Positions 10,833-20,801 of a DNA stretch of 38,200 bases are shown in pieces. The DNA is taken from IMG/VR virus record IMGVR_UViG_3300046786_001136, positions 1 through 38,200 of that record; one strand, given 5' to 3'. This stretch comes from a virus (taxonomy: Duplodnaviria > Caudoviricetes). Under the pieces are notes generated by a model. That model did not search any database. It was not told the origin of the DNA and was given only the letters and a program-made list of their open reading frames with translations. How positions within the stretch are numbered: the first letter of the stretch is position 1; every line of letters begins with the position of its first letter. The translations under genes and the position numbers were made by a program.

Positions 10833-10870
10833 AAAATACCCTGCCCAACTTATGGGCAGGGTATTTTTTT
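10833..10870 (+). terminator. Rho-independent terminator
   Basis: Perfect 15-bp stem AAAATACCCTGCCCA / TGGGCAGGGTATTTT with 5-nt loop ACTTA, ending in a T7 run, just after the stop codon at 10811. Confidence 0.92.
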
Positions 10871-10873
10871 GCA

Positions 10874-10902
10874 TTGACAAGTTACCGCCCTTGTGGTATA
10901 AT
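10874..10902 (+). promoter_or_regulatory. Consensus sigma70 promoter with extended -10
   Basis: TTGACA (10874-10879), 17-bp spacer, TATAAT (10897-10902), with TG at 10894-10895. Confidence 0.9.
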
Positions 10903-11025
10903 ATATCAAATTGTCAGAGTTTGTCAACCTTTTTTCGTGACAAGCTTTTAACTAGATGTAAAGGGCAGAGTTCCCGTTTAGAATATAATTAAATATACAA
11001 CCACTGCTAATAAGGAGATCTGATT

Positions 11026-11382
11026 ATGGTGGAGATAGATAACCACAGCCTCATTCAGACAGTTTCACTAGTTGCGTTAGCAGTTGTTGCTTTCTCAGTT
11101 GGGATACAGAAACTGCTAAAAGACTGGAAAAGTACTAATGCAGAAACTAGCGTTATTACTTTAATGCACACAGAGCTAGAGCGTATGAGCCAACAGAATG
11201 GCTTACTAGCAACTGAGTTAAATCGCTTGCAACAGGAAATGATTATATTAAATGCGCAACTAGCACAGTTGTGCGTAGAAAATCAGCAACTGCAAACCGA
11301 AGTTGTTGCACTAACTGAAGAAGTTAACAAGTTTCGAGTGTCTGCAACTATAGCAGCAGCTAAAAAGGTTAAGGTGGGCTAA
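11026..11382 (+). CDS. Membrane-anchored coiled-coil protein of unknown function
   Basis: N-terminal hydrophobic helix (VSLVALAVVAFSVGI), then a heptad-rich L/Q/E region. Strong RBS AAGGAG. Confidence 0.6.
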   Translation: MVEIDNHSLIQTVSLVALAVVAFSVGIQKLLKDWKSTNAETSVITLMHTELERMSQQNGLLATELNRLQQEMIILNAQLAQLCVENQQLQTEVVALTEEVNKFRVSATIAAAKKVKVG

Positions 11383-12272
11383 TGCAACCAGCAAAAATTA
11401 ATTATAAAATCTACCAAGGTAGCACTTTTCAAGAGACATTTCGTTGGGAATCAGAAACAAAAGTTTACGTACCCATCTCTGCAATTGCAAAGTCAGCTCC
11501 TTGCGTAATCACTACTAGCACTGCGCATAACTTGCCAGTAGGCTGGAGGTTCCGTGTAGTTGGTGCTGGTGGTATGAAAGAAATCAACAATACTGGCGAA
11601 GAGTACCATTTGTCTACAGGTGCTAGTTATATAGCACCAACACTTATTGACGAGCAAGCTTTAGAAGACACTTACCTTGGTGCTCTGCAAACCTGGTTAG
11701 ACGCTAGAGACCAAGACGCGCAAACAGTAGCGCCCACAGTAAGACCTTGGGCTACAATGACCATACAAAATGCTTATGCATTTATAATGCAGCAAAGTCA
11801 GCAGTACTCACCAGCAATACCAGCTAATTTTCCTCCTATATTAAATACAGCAATTAATGCTTATAATACTTGGCAATCAGCTATTACAACAAATCAAGCG
11901 GCCGTTGCAGCAGCTCAGGCGGCAGTAGCAAATAAGATTTCTATTAACCAAGTAAATAGTTTAGGCTATACTGCCTATACAAGTGGTGGCGTTGTAGAGT
12001 TTAATCAACCTATTTCACTAGCAGGTTTTGCAGCACGTATGCAGATTCGTGAATCAGTAGATAGTACTACAATTATTCACGAAGCAACTACACAAAACAA
12101 TCAAATTGTTTTAGACGATACAAACAAAACAATTCAGATTACAATGCTTGCAAATGTTACACAAAACTTTAACTTTGCAACCGCAGTATACAGTTTAGAA
12201 CTATATAATGGCAACAATGTTATTCCATTCATTAACGGTAACTTAACCTTAGTACAGGAGGTTACACGATGA
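11382..12272 (+). CDS. Putative virion structural / fibre-attachment protein
   Basis: N-terminal IYQGSTF and C-terminal ARMQIR...AVYSLEL...GNLTLVQEVTR resemble baseplate-upper/adaptor-type folds. The internal ITTSTAHNL..G...GAGGMKEIN...YTAYTSGG module is common in phage tail proteins. Confidence 0.6.
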   Translation: MQPAKINYKIYQGSTFQETFRWESETKVYVPISAIAKSAPCVITTSTAHNLPVGWRFRVVGAGGMKEINNTGEEYHLSTGASYIAPTLIDEQALEDTYLGALQTWLDARDQDAQTVAPTVRPWATMTIQNAYAFIMQQSQQYSPAIPANFPPILNTAINAYNTWQSAITTNQAAVAAAQAAVANKISINQVNSLGYTAYTSGGVVEFNQPISLAGFAARMQIRESVDSTTIIHEATTQNNQIVLDDTNKTIQITMLANVTQNFNFATAVYSLELYNGNNVIPFINGNLTLVQEVTR

Positions 12273-12538
12273 CAACTGAAGTAGTCGTAACGCAAAGTGG
12301 AGATACTAGTGTTGTTCAAGAACAAATAGTAAATCGCGTTGTAACAGACGATAAACCTGCAAGAATTATTACTAGTGGTATGTTACCTCCTCCTGCTGTA
12401 AACTCTATTATGGCTTCAGGTGATGTAGATATTACCAACTTACAAGATGGTGGAGTGTTGGTGTACAACACAGCAACAAATATGTGGACAGCTACTAATT
12501 TGTTGGATAAACAAATTTTTGAAGCTGGTCAGTTTTAA
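12269..12538 (+). CDS. Small virion-associated protein
   Basis: 89 aa with DVDITNLQDGGVLVYN....W, a motif common in phage fibre proteins. Confidence 0.55.
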   Translation: MTTEVVVTQSGDTSVVQEQIVNRVVTDDKPARIITSGMLPPPAVNSIMASGDVDITNLQDGGVLVYNTATNMWTATNLLDKQIFEAGQF

Positions 12539-12549
12539 AAGGATAAGCT

Positions 12550-13881
12550 ATGGCTTCTATTTTAAGAATTAAGCGAAGTGAAACGTCAGGTAATCCTGGG
12601 GTACTCGGCGCAGGTGAGTTAGCCTACTCTGGCTTAACCGATAACGGTTCAAACGGCGGTGATCGACTTTATATCGGTCTTGGAACCGAAACCGCAGGAA
12701 ATGCAGTAAATCACATTATTATTGGCGGTAAGCGTTATACTGATATGGTTGACGCAGCTACTAATGTAAACACTGTAGGCACTTTAGTAAAACGTGATTC
12801 AAACGGTGATTTTGCAGCACGTCGTATTACAGCAGATTTAATTGGTAATGCAGATACTGCTACCAAATGGTTAAATCCACGTAACTTATCATTAACAGGC
12901 GATGCAACAGCTACGCTAGCCTCAATTGACGGTTCTGCTAATGTATCAGCAGCCCTTACACTAGCAAATACTGGTGTAACCGCAGGCAGCTATGGTGACG
13001 CAACACAGATTCCTACTTTTACAGTTGACGCAAAAGGTCGATTAACTGCTGCTGGTACAGTCGCAGTTGCAACAAACTTAGCGATTGCTGGTAATACAGG
13101 TAGCGATACAGTTAGCTTGTTAACAGATACATTGACAATTACTGGTGGTACTGGAGTTTCTACTGCTGTAACTAACAACACAGTTACAATCAGCTTGCCA
13201 CAAGCACTTGCACCAAATTCAAACGTTACTTTTAACGATGTAACAGTAAACGGAGTCTTGTACTCAAACGATATTACTGCAACCAGCATCAACATTGACG
13301 GCAACGCCTCAATCACTGGTAACTTAACAGTATTAGGTACGGTAACAACTGTTAACTCAACAACTGTTGCAATTGGTGACAAAAACATTGAGTTAGCCAA
13401 AGACGCTACTTCAGCAGCAATGGCTGATGGTGGTGGTTTGACGATCATGGGCCCAACAGTTCCAGCTACAATCTTGTATAACAGTGGCGACGATCGCTGG
13501 GTTATGAACAAAGACTTAACTGTAGCAAATGTTTATGCTGAGTTAGTTGGTAATGCATCAACTGCTACAAAGTGGAAAACAGCACGTAACTTGTCATTAA
13601 CTGGTGATGCAACAGCTACCTTAACAGCAGTTGATGGAAGCGCAGCAGTTTCAGCAGCCCTTACATTGGCCACTGTTAATTCAGATGTTGGTACTTACGG
13701 GGATGCCGTAACAGTTCCTACATTAACAGTTAATGCCAAAGGTTTGGTAACAGCAGTTTCACAAACAGTTATTCCAACAGCTACTACATTGATTAAAGGC
13801 TTGTCAAAGTTTATTAGTACGCAATTTACAGTAACTGACGGATTAGTAGAACTTGTACAACTTGATGGCGGAAGCTATTAA
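12550..13881 (+). CDS. Tail fibre protein
   Basis: N-terminal ILRIKRS...P..L.AGELAY docking motif, two 69-aa shaft repeats and a C-terminal LDGGSY. Confidence 0.8.
   Translation: MASILRIKRSETSGNPGVLGAGELAYSGLTDNGSNGGDRLYIGLGTETAGNAVNHIIIGGKRYTDMVDAATNVNTVGTLVKRDSNGDFAARRITADLIGNADTATKWLNPRNLSLTGDATATLASIDGSANVSAALTLANTGVTAGSYGDATQIPTFTVDAKGRLTAAGTVAVATNLAIAGNTGSDTVSLLTDTLTITGGTGVSTAVTNNTVTISLPQALAPNSNVTFNDVTVNGVLYSNDITATSINIDGNASITGNLTVLGTVTTVNSTTVAIGDKNIELAKDATSAAMADGGGLTIMGPTVPATILYNSGDDRWVMNKDLTVANVYAELVGNASTATKWKTARNLSLTGDATATLTAVDGSAAVSAALTLATVNSDVGTYGDAVTVPTLTVNAKGLVTAVSQTVIPTATTLIKGLSKFISTQFTVTDGLVELVQLDGGSY
12844..13755 (+). repeat. Dispersed 69-aa direct repeat (12844-13050 and 13549-13755)
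   Basis: GNA.TATKW...RNLSLTGDATATL...DGSA.VSAALTLA......G.YGDA...PT.TV.AKG..TA occurs twice and is also visibly similar at DNA level. Confidence 0.9.
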
Positions 13882-13898
13882 TAACAAAGGGAACTAGC

Positions 13899-14129
13899 AT
13901 GACAGACGCAGTAATTAAATTTAAACGAAGCTCAGTTCCCGGCAAGATTCCCTTACCTGAAGATTTACAGTTTGGCGAAGTAGCTATCAATGACTACGAC
14001 GGCAATATGTATTATAAAAAGGCAGACGGAACCATTGGAGCCATAGGCTCTGGTGGCGGGGCTAGCGATGCATTGATTAATTCAATTGCAACAGAAAAAG
14101 CTATTATTATGGCTATTGCATTGGGGTAA
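13899..14129 (+). CDS. Short fibre connector/adaptor protein
   Basis: IKFKRSSVPGKIP...LQFGEVAINDYDG resembles the N-terminus of T4 gp36/gp37. Ends in AIIMAIALG. Confidence 0.65.
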   Translation: MTDAVIKFKRSSVPGKIPLPEDLQFGEVAINDYDGNMYYKKADGTIGAIGSGGGASDALINSIATEKAIIMAIALG

Positions 14130-14132
14130 CAT

Positions 14133-14453
14133 ATGGCAACAGTATTTGTAAACGCAATATCACGTGCCGTTGGAACTACCGAAGTAATTAGTTTTACAGC
14201 ACCAGAAAAATGTATTATAATTGGCGGTAGCGTCTCAAATTTAAAGAGTACGACTATTCCTTTTACATTAAAAATTCGCAGGGGAACAGAAGATACGTTT
14301 ATTCATAAAGATAAACGTATTGAAGCTGGAGATCCTTACGAGCTATCAAAAGGTAATAAGTTAGTACTTGCTGCCGGAGATAAATTAGTCATTTCAGCTA
14401 AAGTAGATAGCAGCATTGATGCAGTCTTCTCGATATTACAAGGAGTCTCATAA
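14133..14453 (+). CDS. Small virion structural protein (beta-sandwich)
   Basis: 106 aa with GNKLVLAAGDKL...SIDAVFSILQ, a pattern I recall from small genes next to fibre genes in aquatic phages. Confidence 0.55.
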   Translation: MATVFVNAISRAVGTTEVISFTAPEKCIIIGGSVSNLKSTTIPFTLKIRRGTEDTFIHKDKRIEAGDPYELSKGNKLVLAAGDKLVISAKVDSSIDAVFSILQGVS

Positions 14454-14683
14454 TGAGTGGTTTTTACGAAGGCACAGATTTAGTTGATAAAGTGTTTTAT
14501 GGGTTTCGTCTAGACCCTGACACCGGCAATCTGAACATAGAGATTTTAGACGGGGACACTCCAGTCTCGTTACCACAAGATGGTACAATTGATAAGTATG
14601 ACTACAAACAATGGGTTTGGTCAAAAGATACTATCGAGTTTGAATGGGGTAACAAAGGACACTTACTTATGAGGCTAATATAA
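14453..14683 (+). CDS. Hypothetical fibre-associated protein
   Basis: 76 aa, translationally coupled within the fibre operon. Confidence 0.55.
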   Translation: MSGFYEGTDLVDKVFYGFRLDPDTGNLNIEILDGDTPVSLPQDGTIDKYDYKQWVWSKDTIEFEWGNKGHLLMRLI

Positions 14684-14684
14684 T

Positions 14685-17600
14685 ATGAGTCAACTTATTG
14701 ATCTAGGAAAATTACGCTTCCACTTCGCTGGCCAGTGGAGCGCCGGCACTACATACGAATCTAATGATATCGTTAAGTACGGTGGTAACGTATACGTGTA
14801 TACATACGCGTTAAAAACAGCAGGAATTTTGCCTACTGACACAGCTTACTGGGCCTTGATGGTAGAAGGTTTTAACTTCACAGGCGCTTTCACTACACAA
14901 GGTAATTACAAAGTTGGTGACGGTGTTGCACACGGTGGTGTTGTTTACGTTGCTATCAAAGACTCTGTAAATATTACTCCTCCTAATGCAGTTTACTGGT
15001 CACGCTTTTTGGATGGTATCCAATATGAAGGCGAGTACTCTGGTACAGTTTCTTACCAAAAGAATGACGTGGTTCGTTACGGTGGTTCTATCTATGTTGC
15101 AAAACAAGACGGAACAAACCACTTACCCACAGTTACAGCATACTGGGACAAGTTTGTAGAGGGTGTTAGCCCTAAGAGCGTTTACAATGAAGCTACAGCT
15201 TATGTACCAAATGACTTAGTTGCTTATGGCGCTAACATTTATCGTGCTAAGGTTGAAACTACTGGCAATGCTCCAAGTAACACAACTTACTGGGAACTGT
15301 ATGTTGGCGGTATTAAATTTACTGGCAACTACAACGCAGTAACAGAATATTATGTAAACGATATTGTTGTTTATGGTAACAACATTTATCGTTCAAAGTT
15401 AACACAATCCAACACACTGCCAACAGTTGCAGCTAACTGGGAATTGTTAACTGCTGGTAACAGCTACAAAGGCAACTATGTAAACGCTACTGGATACTTC
15501 CAAGGCGACATTGTTAGCTACGGCGGTAACGTATATATTGCACTTGGCGTAACAACAGGTAACTTACCTACTGACGCTACTAAGTGGCAAGTTTATAGCT
15601 CTGGCTTCTCTTACCAAGGTGTTTGGTCTAGCGGAACAGAGTATAAGATTAACGAGATTGTTGGTTATGGTGGTTCATTATATCGCTCTAAAGCTGACAA
15701 CCAAAACGTTAATCCTACAGTTACAGCTACTTGGGATAAAGTGGTTGCAGGCTTTAAGCTTCGCGGCACTTGGGCTACTGCTACACAGTATGCAACTGAT
15801 GAAGTTGTTACTTATGGTGGTAATACCTATATTTCTATTTTACCACACGCTTCCACAGATTTCAATACTGACTTAGCTGCCAACAAATGGCAAAAGTTTA
15901 ACTCAGGTATTCGTTGGATGGGCGTTTGGACTAGTACTACGCAGTACTACAAAGATGACGTTGTAAAAGCCGGCGCTTCTAGTTTCATTGCAAATACAGA
16001 CACTATTGGTGGTAGTAACCCCGCTGGTGGAACAAATGCAAACTGGAGCAGTTTTGCTACTGGTGCTGAAGGCTTCTTGTCTAAAGACGGTGACGCAATG
16101 CTTGGTATGCTTACCTTGTATGCAAACCCCACAGACCCATTACACGCAGCTACAAAATCTTATGTAGACCAGTTTATTAATGCAGCAGCAGGCGGAACTA
16201 TCTTAGGTCCTCTGGTCGCTAGCGGTGCAAATGCAAGCTATACTGCTACAGGCGGTGCTACTATTAACATTAGTGGTGGTAGTTTAAATCTTACAAACGG
16301 TACTACTCTTACAACTGACGGCACTTCTACACTTGGTAATACTCGTGTTTCAGGTAGCTTGGATGTTGATGCAGATTTAAATATTGATGGTGGCGATTTA
16401 ACAGTTACTGGTTCTACCTTTAATTTAGCAAACACAAACGCTACAACAGTAAACATTGCTGGGGCAGCTACAACAGTTGAAATCGGTGCTGCTACTGGTA
16501 CAACTAATGTTAACAACAACCTGGTTGTTGACGGCGATTTGCAAGTAAAAGGCGGCGATCTTACCACTAACCAAACAACTTTCAATGTTGTTAATAACAC
16601 AGCTACTACAGTAAATATTGCCGGAGCTGCAACAACAGTTGAAATCGGTGCCGCAACTGGTACAACTAATATCAATAACAATGTTGTTATTGACGGCGTT
16701 TTAGATGTTTTAAGTGGCTCTACAGTTACAAATACAACTGTTGACCCTACTGGTTTTGATAATCAGCATCCTGATACACGCGGAGTTGTTGAATTTAGTG
16801 ATAATGGTACACGAGTTTACTCAATTGATAAAAACGGTACAACTACTGTTCGTGAAGACAGCAAGTTCGCTACTGGTACTGCTTACGAAACAGCAGCAGT
16901 TGCAAAAACTCTGGCAATCTATCCCGCAGCAGGACAAACAAAGTTTGTTTACTGGATTGGCGGTGTACGTTATGAAAAGTCAGCTTTAGTAACCAAAACA
17001 CTAACAAGTATTAATGGTTATAACTATTTCTATTTTGATGGTGGCACACTAGCAAGTGCTACAGTACGTACTGACGAAATTTTAACAACCAAAGCGAATG
17101 TTGCTGCTGTTCGTGGAACAAACCGTAATAATCGTGTTATCTCTGTAGAAGATCAACGTCATGGTATTTCTATTGACGGTGCTTCATTAGCATACATCAA
17201 ACGTGCAGAAGGTATTAAACTTGTAAGCGGTCATGGAGTTACTCCTGGCACAGTTGGTACAGGTACTTATACAAATACCAAAGCAGGCGAGTTGCGCGAT
17301 GCAGACTTAACATTATCAGCACCAGTTAAAACTTCTAACAAGTTCTTGGTTCGTGATGGTAATGATTGGAAACTTGCTGACTTAAACGACAATTTACTTT
17401 CTTATAAGTTAGGAGTTTTAGGTGGAGTTACAGTTACTAGTCAAGGCAGTGGATACTCTGGCTTATCTACTAGTTTAAGCGTACAAGGCGACGGTGAAGG
17501 TGCAGTAGTTACTCCCGTTTTGGCAGGTGCTCCGTTACAATCTATTACTCTTAACAGTGGTGGATATAATTACGCAAACGATGCAACAGTTACTTTATTG

Positions 17601-20600
17601 GGTGATGGCACAGGAGCTACCGCTTCTATTGTTGTTCCAGCAGGTAGAAACATTGCTTCGGCGGCTATTACAAATGTAGGTTCACGTTATACTACTGCTC
17701 CAACTGCAACAGTTGTAGGTGGTGGTGGTACAGGAGCTACATTATCTACTACCTTAAATTTAGGTACCCCAATTGCCAAAGTTCATATGGATACTTTGGG
17801 AAGCGGATATACTACAGCTAGTGCGCAGATCAATGGTGATGGTACAGGAGCAACTGCAGTAGTAACTATCGTTGCTGGAGCTGTTACTGATATTGATTTA
17901 ACAAATGCTGGTTCTGGATACACCTACGCAACAGTAACAATTACTGGTAACGGCACAGGAGCTACAGCAACTGCACACACTCTTAAAAGCTTTGTACAAT
18001 CTTATGAAATTACTAATGTTGGTAGTGGTTATACAAGTGCCCCAACTGTTACAATTAATGGTGATGGTCACGAAGCTACTGCAACAGCACAAATTACTGC
18101 AGGTGGTGTAACCGATATTGTAATTACCAATGGTGGTCACGGGTATACTTACGCTACCATTACAATTAGTGGTGGTGGTGGTACAGGCGCTACGGCCAAT
18201 CCAATTCTGAGCGGATACCCATTACAGTCAGTTACAGTTACTAACCCAGGCAAGAACTATACTAGTACGCCTTCAGTAACAATTACTGGTAATCAGTACA
18301 GTACTAATGGAGCAATTGCTCTTACACGGGCAGCAGGTAATACTATTGAAAGTATTAGTTTAGTATCACCAGGTACAAACTACACCTACGCAACAGTGCA
18401 GATTAATAGTACAACAGCAGGTACAGGCGGTAGTTTTACAGTTGCAGCTACCCCTAGCGGTATTTTAGGTGTTACAGTTGTTAATGGTGGTCGCCACTAC
18501 AGTTATGCAAATATTGTAGCAACTGATACAGGCGGAGCAACAGGTTTTGCAGCCACAACATCTCTTACTCCAGTACCACAGTATAATGGATACGTTAACA
18601 GTTCTGTAGGATATGATTTAAATAATATTCCAGCAGGCAAGTATACTAATACATATTTTGTAGCAGTATCTAGTGTAGATCGTGTTGTAAAGATACCTAG
18701 TGCTTATCTGTTCGATACTGTACGCGAAGCATTCCAGTACAGTAAGAAAGAAATTGAAGAACTAAAAACTCAAGGCATGCCTTTTGACAATTACAAGTTC
18801 TTAGGCGTATCAGTAATTAATAACTCTGGTGAGTTAGTAACTATTCCTGGTACTAACCTTGGTGATGTTTTATATTATGATCTTTTAAATAATGATTATA
18901 ATTCAACACCACTAATAGATAATGGTACTAAAGTTGGTAGGTCTCTTACTATTGGTGCCACAGGTACTGGAGCAGCATGGATTGGAGCTACTGAGTCTAG
19001 TAAAGTTTACTATGTTGCACCTCACGGTGTTGATCAACCAACAAGTGGTAGTAATATGGCCGCTCCGTTTGCAAGTATTAAATACGCTTGCCAACGAGCA
19101 GAAGAAGGTTCTACAATTTTTGTTAAAACTGGAACATACAATGAACAACTACCAATAGTTGTACCGCCTCATGTGGCTATTGTTGGAGACAATCAGCGTA
19201 CAGTTAATGTTCAACCAAAAACTGGTAATAGCGATGATGGTGTAACACCAAACAACCAAGCAACAATGTTTAAATTGAGCAACGGCTCAATCTTAAATAA
19301 AATGACTTTCAAAGGTATGACTGGTTGGGTCCCTGGTTCTACTCCAAGTGATATTACAACTTCTACAATTAAAGGTGTTGTTGTTGGATTTAATCCAGCT
19401 TCACCAATTACTACTAAGTCCCCTTATGTTTTAGAGTGTGCGTTTATCGGTTCTGGCGCTATTGGTGCTTTAATTGATGGTACAGTTCATACAACTGGTG
19501 CTAAAACCATGATTTTCCATGGTTATACTGTTATTTCGGATAATGGTGTTGGTTACTGGGTAAAGGACGAAGGTAAGGCTGAGATTGTAAGTTGCTTTAC
19601 TTATTACGCTTATTTTGGTTATATTGGTACTGGCGGTGGATTTATTCGTGCACTAAACGGCAATAATAGTTATGGTACTTGGGGTGCAGTATCACAAGGA
19701 TTCGGAGCGTCAGAAACTGCAGTAACAGGTACTATAGTTGGTCAGCAATTAAACTTTGTTTATCAAGGTGGTACAATTAATGCAGGTGATATTTGTACAA
19801 GCAGTAGCGGTGCTCAGGGTGTTGTTACAAACGTACAGTACAGCGCAAACAAAGTATATTTACGAACCACAAGCGGTACTTTTAGCCTAGGTAATACTTT
19901 AACATTTACTAGTGGCGGTACAGGTACTGTAAGCGCCGGTGCTCTAGAGAATCAAAAAGGTTTTGTTTTAGTACTCAATAATTTAACCGCAATGCCAAAA
20001 CCTGGACAAAGTATCCAGATTGCTGGTGATACCTATGCTTATGTTATACAAAGTGTAACAGGTACTTATGTTGGTACTGGCAGTGAGATTGTTGTAGTAT
20101 TAGCTCAGGAGAAACCAACAGGATCAGCAAACGGTACTGCAGTTAGTTTACGTAGTAAATACTCACAGATTCGTTTAACTGGTCACGACTTCTTGTCAAT
20201 TGGTACAGGCGGTGTAACAACTACTAATTATCCAGGCGAGCCTTTACAGTCAGCTTCGCAGGGTAATGAAACAAACGAAGTTTTCCCAGGTCGTGTGTTC
20301 TACGTATCAACTGACCAAGATGGTAACTTCCGCGTAGGTGAATATTTCCGTATTGATCAAGCAACTGGACGTGCTACCCTGAATGCTAACGCGTTCGACT
20401 TGGCAGGTTTGACTAGCTTGAAACTGGGTTCAATTGGTGCTCAACTTGGTGAAACTATTAACGAGTTCTCAAGCGATGCAACAATGAGTGGTAACTCAAA
20501 TACTGCTGTTCCAACAGAGTATGCAGTTAAGGCGTATACAGATACTACTGTTCTTGCAAATCGGGATATTTCTACACTAACACCTACGTACAACGTGGAT

Positions 20601-20792
20601 AATCAAGTATTTAATGCTAATGGTTATGTTACTACATACAAAGATAATGTTCAAGAAATTACTAATGTTGTTTACAATGCAAACTTCTTACCAACAAGTT
20701 GGTCAGAAAAAGTTGCAGGTGGAGTAAAAACTTATAGTTATACTGTTACCTACGATGTAAATAACAAAATATCTACAATAACACGCGTTTAA
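14685..20792 (+). CDS. Giant multi-module tail fibre/adhesin (CBM5/12-like repeats, Gly/Thr repeats, beta-helix-like domain)
   Basis: 2035 aa: nine Y..NDxVxYGG..Y...P....W repeats; HAATKSYVD fibre motif; a 54-aa duplication; ten (I/V)T..GSGY-type repeats; YYVAPHG.D...G.....PFASIKYA...G.TIFVKTGTYNE, which marks the start of a pectin-lyase-like beta-helix. Confidence 0.85.
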   Translation: MSQLIDLGKLRFHFAGQWSAGTTYESNDIVKYGGNVYVYTYALKTAGILPTDTAYWALMVEGFNFTGAFTTQGNYKVGDGVAHGGVVYVAIKDSVNITPPNAVYWSRFLDGIQYEGEYSGTVSYQKNDVVRYGGSIYVAKQDGTNHLPTVTAYWDKFVEGVSPKSVYNEATAYVPNDLVAYGANIYRAKVETTGNAPSNTTYWELYVGGIKFTGNYNAVTEYYVNDIVVYGNNIYRSKLTQSNTLPTVAANWELLTAGNSYKGNYVNATGYFQGDIVSYGGNVYIALGVTTGNLPTDATKWQVYSSGFSYQGVWSSGTEYKINEIVGYGGSLYRSKADNQNVNPTVTATWDKVVAGFKLRGTWATATQYATDEVVTYGGNTYISILPHASTDFNTDLAANKWQKFNSGIRWMGVWTSTTQYYKDDVVKAGASSFIANTDTIGGSNPAGGTNANWSSFATGAEGFLSKDGDAMLGMLTLYANPTDPLHAATKSYVDQFINAAAGGTILGPLVASGANASYTATGGATINISGGSLNLTNGTTLTTDGTSTLGNTRVSGSLDVDADLNIDGGDLTVTGSTFNLANTNATTVNIAGAATTVEIGAATGTTNVNNNLVVDGDLQVKGGDLTTNQTTFNVVNNTATTVNIAGAATTVEIGAATGTTNINNNVVIDGVLDVLSGSTVTNTTVDPTGFDNQHPDTRGVVEFSDNGTRVYSIDKNGTTTVREDSKFATGTAYETAAVAKTLAIYPAAGQTKFVYWIGGVRYEKSALVTKTLTSINGYNYFYFDGGTLASATVRTDEILTTKANVAAVRGTNRNNRVISVEDQRHGISIDGASLAYIKRAEGIKLVSGHGVTPGTVGTGTYTNTKAGELRDADLTLSAPVKTSNKFLVRDGNDWKLADLNDNLLSYKLGVLGGVTVTSQGSGYSGLSTSLSVQGDGEGAVVTPVLAGAPLQSITLNSGGYNYANDATVTLLGDGTGATASIVVPAGRNIASAAITNVGSRYTTAPTATVVGGGGTGATLSTTLNLGTPIAKVHMDTLGSGYTTASAQINGDGTGATAVVTIVAGAVTDIDLTNAGSGYTYATVTITGNGTGATATAHTLKSFVQSYEITNVGSGYTSAPTVTINGDGHEATATAQITAGGVTDIVITNGGHGYTYATITISGGGGTGATANPILSGYPLQSVTVTNPGKNYTSTPSVTITGNQYSTNGAIALTRAAGNTIESISLVSPGTNYTYATVQINSTTAGTGGSFTVAATPSGILGVTVVNGGRHYSYANIVATDTGGATGFAATTSLTPVPQYNGYVNSSVGYDLNNIPAGKYTNTYFVAVSSVDRVVKIPSAYLFDTVREAFQYSKKEIEELKTQGMPFDNYKFLGVSVINNSGELVTIPGTNLGDVLYYDLLNNDYNSTPLIDNGTKVGRSLTIGATGTGAAWIGATESSKVYYVAPHGVDQPTSGSNMAAPFASIKYACQRAEEGSTIFVKTGTYNEQLPIVVPPHVAIVGDNQRTVNVQPKTGNSDDGVTPNNQATMFKLSNGSILNKMTFKGMTGWVPGSTPSDITTSTIKGVVVGFNPASPITTKSPYVLECAFIGSGAIGALIDGTVHTTGAKTMIFHGYTVISDNGVGYWVKDEGKAEIVSCFTYYAYFGYIGTGGGFIRALNGNNSYGTWGAVSQGFGASETAVTGTIVGQQLNFVYQGGTINAGDICTSSSGAQGVVTNVQYSANKVYLRTTSGTFSLGNTLTFTSGGTGTVSAGALENQKGFVLVLNNLTAMPKPGQSIQIAGDTYAYVIQSVTGTYVGTGSEIVVVLAQEKPTGSANGTAVSLRSKYSQIRLTGHDFLSIGTGGVTTTNYPGEPLQSASQGNETNEVFPGRVFYVSTDQDGNFRVGEYFRIDQATGRATLNANAFDLAGLTSLKLGSIGAQLGETINEFSSDATMSGNSNTAVPTEYAVKAYTDTTVLANRDISTLTPTYNVDNQVFNANGYVTTYKDNVQEITNVVYNANFLPTSWSEKVAGGVKTYSYTVTYDVNNKISTITRV
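14718..16064 (+). repeat. Nine tandem ~49-aa CBM5/12-like repeats
   Basis: Consensus F.G.(W/Y)...T.Y..(N/G)D.V.YGG..Y......G..P.....W...G, counted by eye. Confidence 0.85.
16374..16697 (+). repeat. Tandem 162-bp (54-aa) duplication
   Basis: DL...GGDLT....TFN..N..ATTVNIAGAATTVEIGAATGTTN.NNN.V.DG occurs twice, starting at 16374 and 16536. Confidence 0.9.
17425..18570 (+). repeat. About ten ~37-aa Gly/Thr-rich repeats
   Basis: Recurrent IT(N/S).GSGYT.A.V.I.G.GTGATA units. Boundaries are approximate. Confidence 0.8.
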
Positions 20793-20801
20793 GGAGTAAT
20801 A

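Noticed and set aside
10911-10926. PhoB box
   Set aside because: The TTGTCA repeats have a 10-bp period rather than the canonical 11 bp, and they are not upstream of phoH.
11026-11382. Holin
   Set aside because: One TM plus a long coiled coil, far from the lysis genes. Not excluded, but unsupported.
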